This document shows, in pieces, positions 63,326 to 64,000 of a stretch of DNA of 64,000 nucleotides. Each line of letters begins with the position of its first letter. Positions within the stretch are counted from its first letter, which is position 1. The DNA is from Octopus sinensis (taxonomy: Eukaryota). A program made the position numbers and the translations under genes. The stretch lies in NCBI RefSeq assembly GCF_006345805.1, contig NC_043015.1, forward strand, positions 46,004,001 through 46,068,000, given 5' to 3'. The notes below the pieces were generated by a model. That model worked only from the letters and a program-made list of their open reading frames with translations. It did no database searches and was not told the DNA's origin.

Positions 63326-63585
63326 TATATATACATGTATATATATGTGTGTGTATATATATGTACATATATATATATATATATATATGGCTGTGTGGTT
63401 AGGGAGCTTGCTTCCTAGCTACATGGTTTCGGGTTCAGTCCCACTGCGTGGCACTTTGGGTAGGTGTCTTCCACTATAGCCCCGAGCTGACCGGAGCTTT
63501 GTGATTGAATTCGGTAGGTGGAGGTTACTGCCGTGTGTGTATATGTGCGTGTAGGTGCTTGTGCCTCTCCGAAAGAGAGAGAGGG

Positions 63586-63616
<31 letters not shown>

Positions 63617-64000
63617 AATATGTACGTTTGTGTATATGTTTGTCCCCCCAACATCACTTGACAACCGAAGCTGGTGTGTTTAAGTCCCCGTAACTTAGCG
63701 GTTCGGCAAAAGAGACCGATAGAATAAGTACTGGGCTTACAAAGAATAAGTCCTGGGGTCGATTTGCTCGACTAAAGGCAGTACTCCAGCATGGCCACAG
63801 TCAAATGACTGAAACAAGTAAAAGATATACACACACACACATTGAATACACAAGAACAGAGTTCATCAGTTACCTCTGTTGTGTGTGCAACAGATGGTAA
63901 AAGATGAAAACTATCATATGCTAAAAACCATATCATGAAAGGGTATGCCAGAACCATCCCAGCACAGAAAAATTAACACAAAATGACGAGGATTGAGTAG

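Overview
AT-rich eukaryotic genomic DNA, very probably from an octopus (coleoid cephalopod). That assignment is inferred from its dense tRNA-derived SINE families, RTE and R4/Dong LINE fragments and (TA)/(CA)/(TACA) microsatellites; no database was consulted. The left ~20 kb holds the 3' half of a quaking/held-out-wings (QKI/How, STAR-family RNA-binding protein) gene on the + strand. Its phase-1 exons are at 1-15, 4134-4250, 5342-5593, 10735-10824 and 15520 onward, with several candidate alternative C-termini and a long, repeat-poor 3' UTR. The right end holds the last two recognisable coding exons of a minus-strand bromodomain protein gene (62598-62762 and 54226-54306). The middle is repeat-rich, with a CpG/CRE-rich promoter-like island at ~40.1-41.8 kb and a possible spliced minus-strand transcript. 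Most notable: the QKI-5-like exon has an in-frame UGA 16 nt before its splice donor. Bypassing that UGA (A-to-I editing to UGG, or readthrough) would splice in frame onto a vertebrate-like '...AAGN*' terminus whose stop overlaps a QKI binding motif. A downstream 59-bp tandem array carries six exact 13-nt antisense matches to this stop region, which may be coincidence. Also present are fold-back elements in (TA)n tracts and a hammerhead-like motif. Almost all ORFs in the supplied track are microsatellite or SINE artefacts. All exon calls rest on splice signals, phase and recalled protein similarity, not on transcript data.
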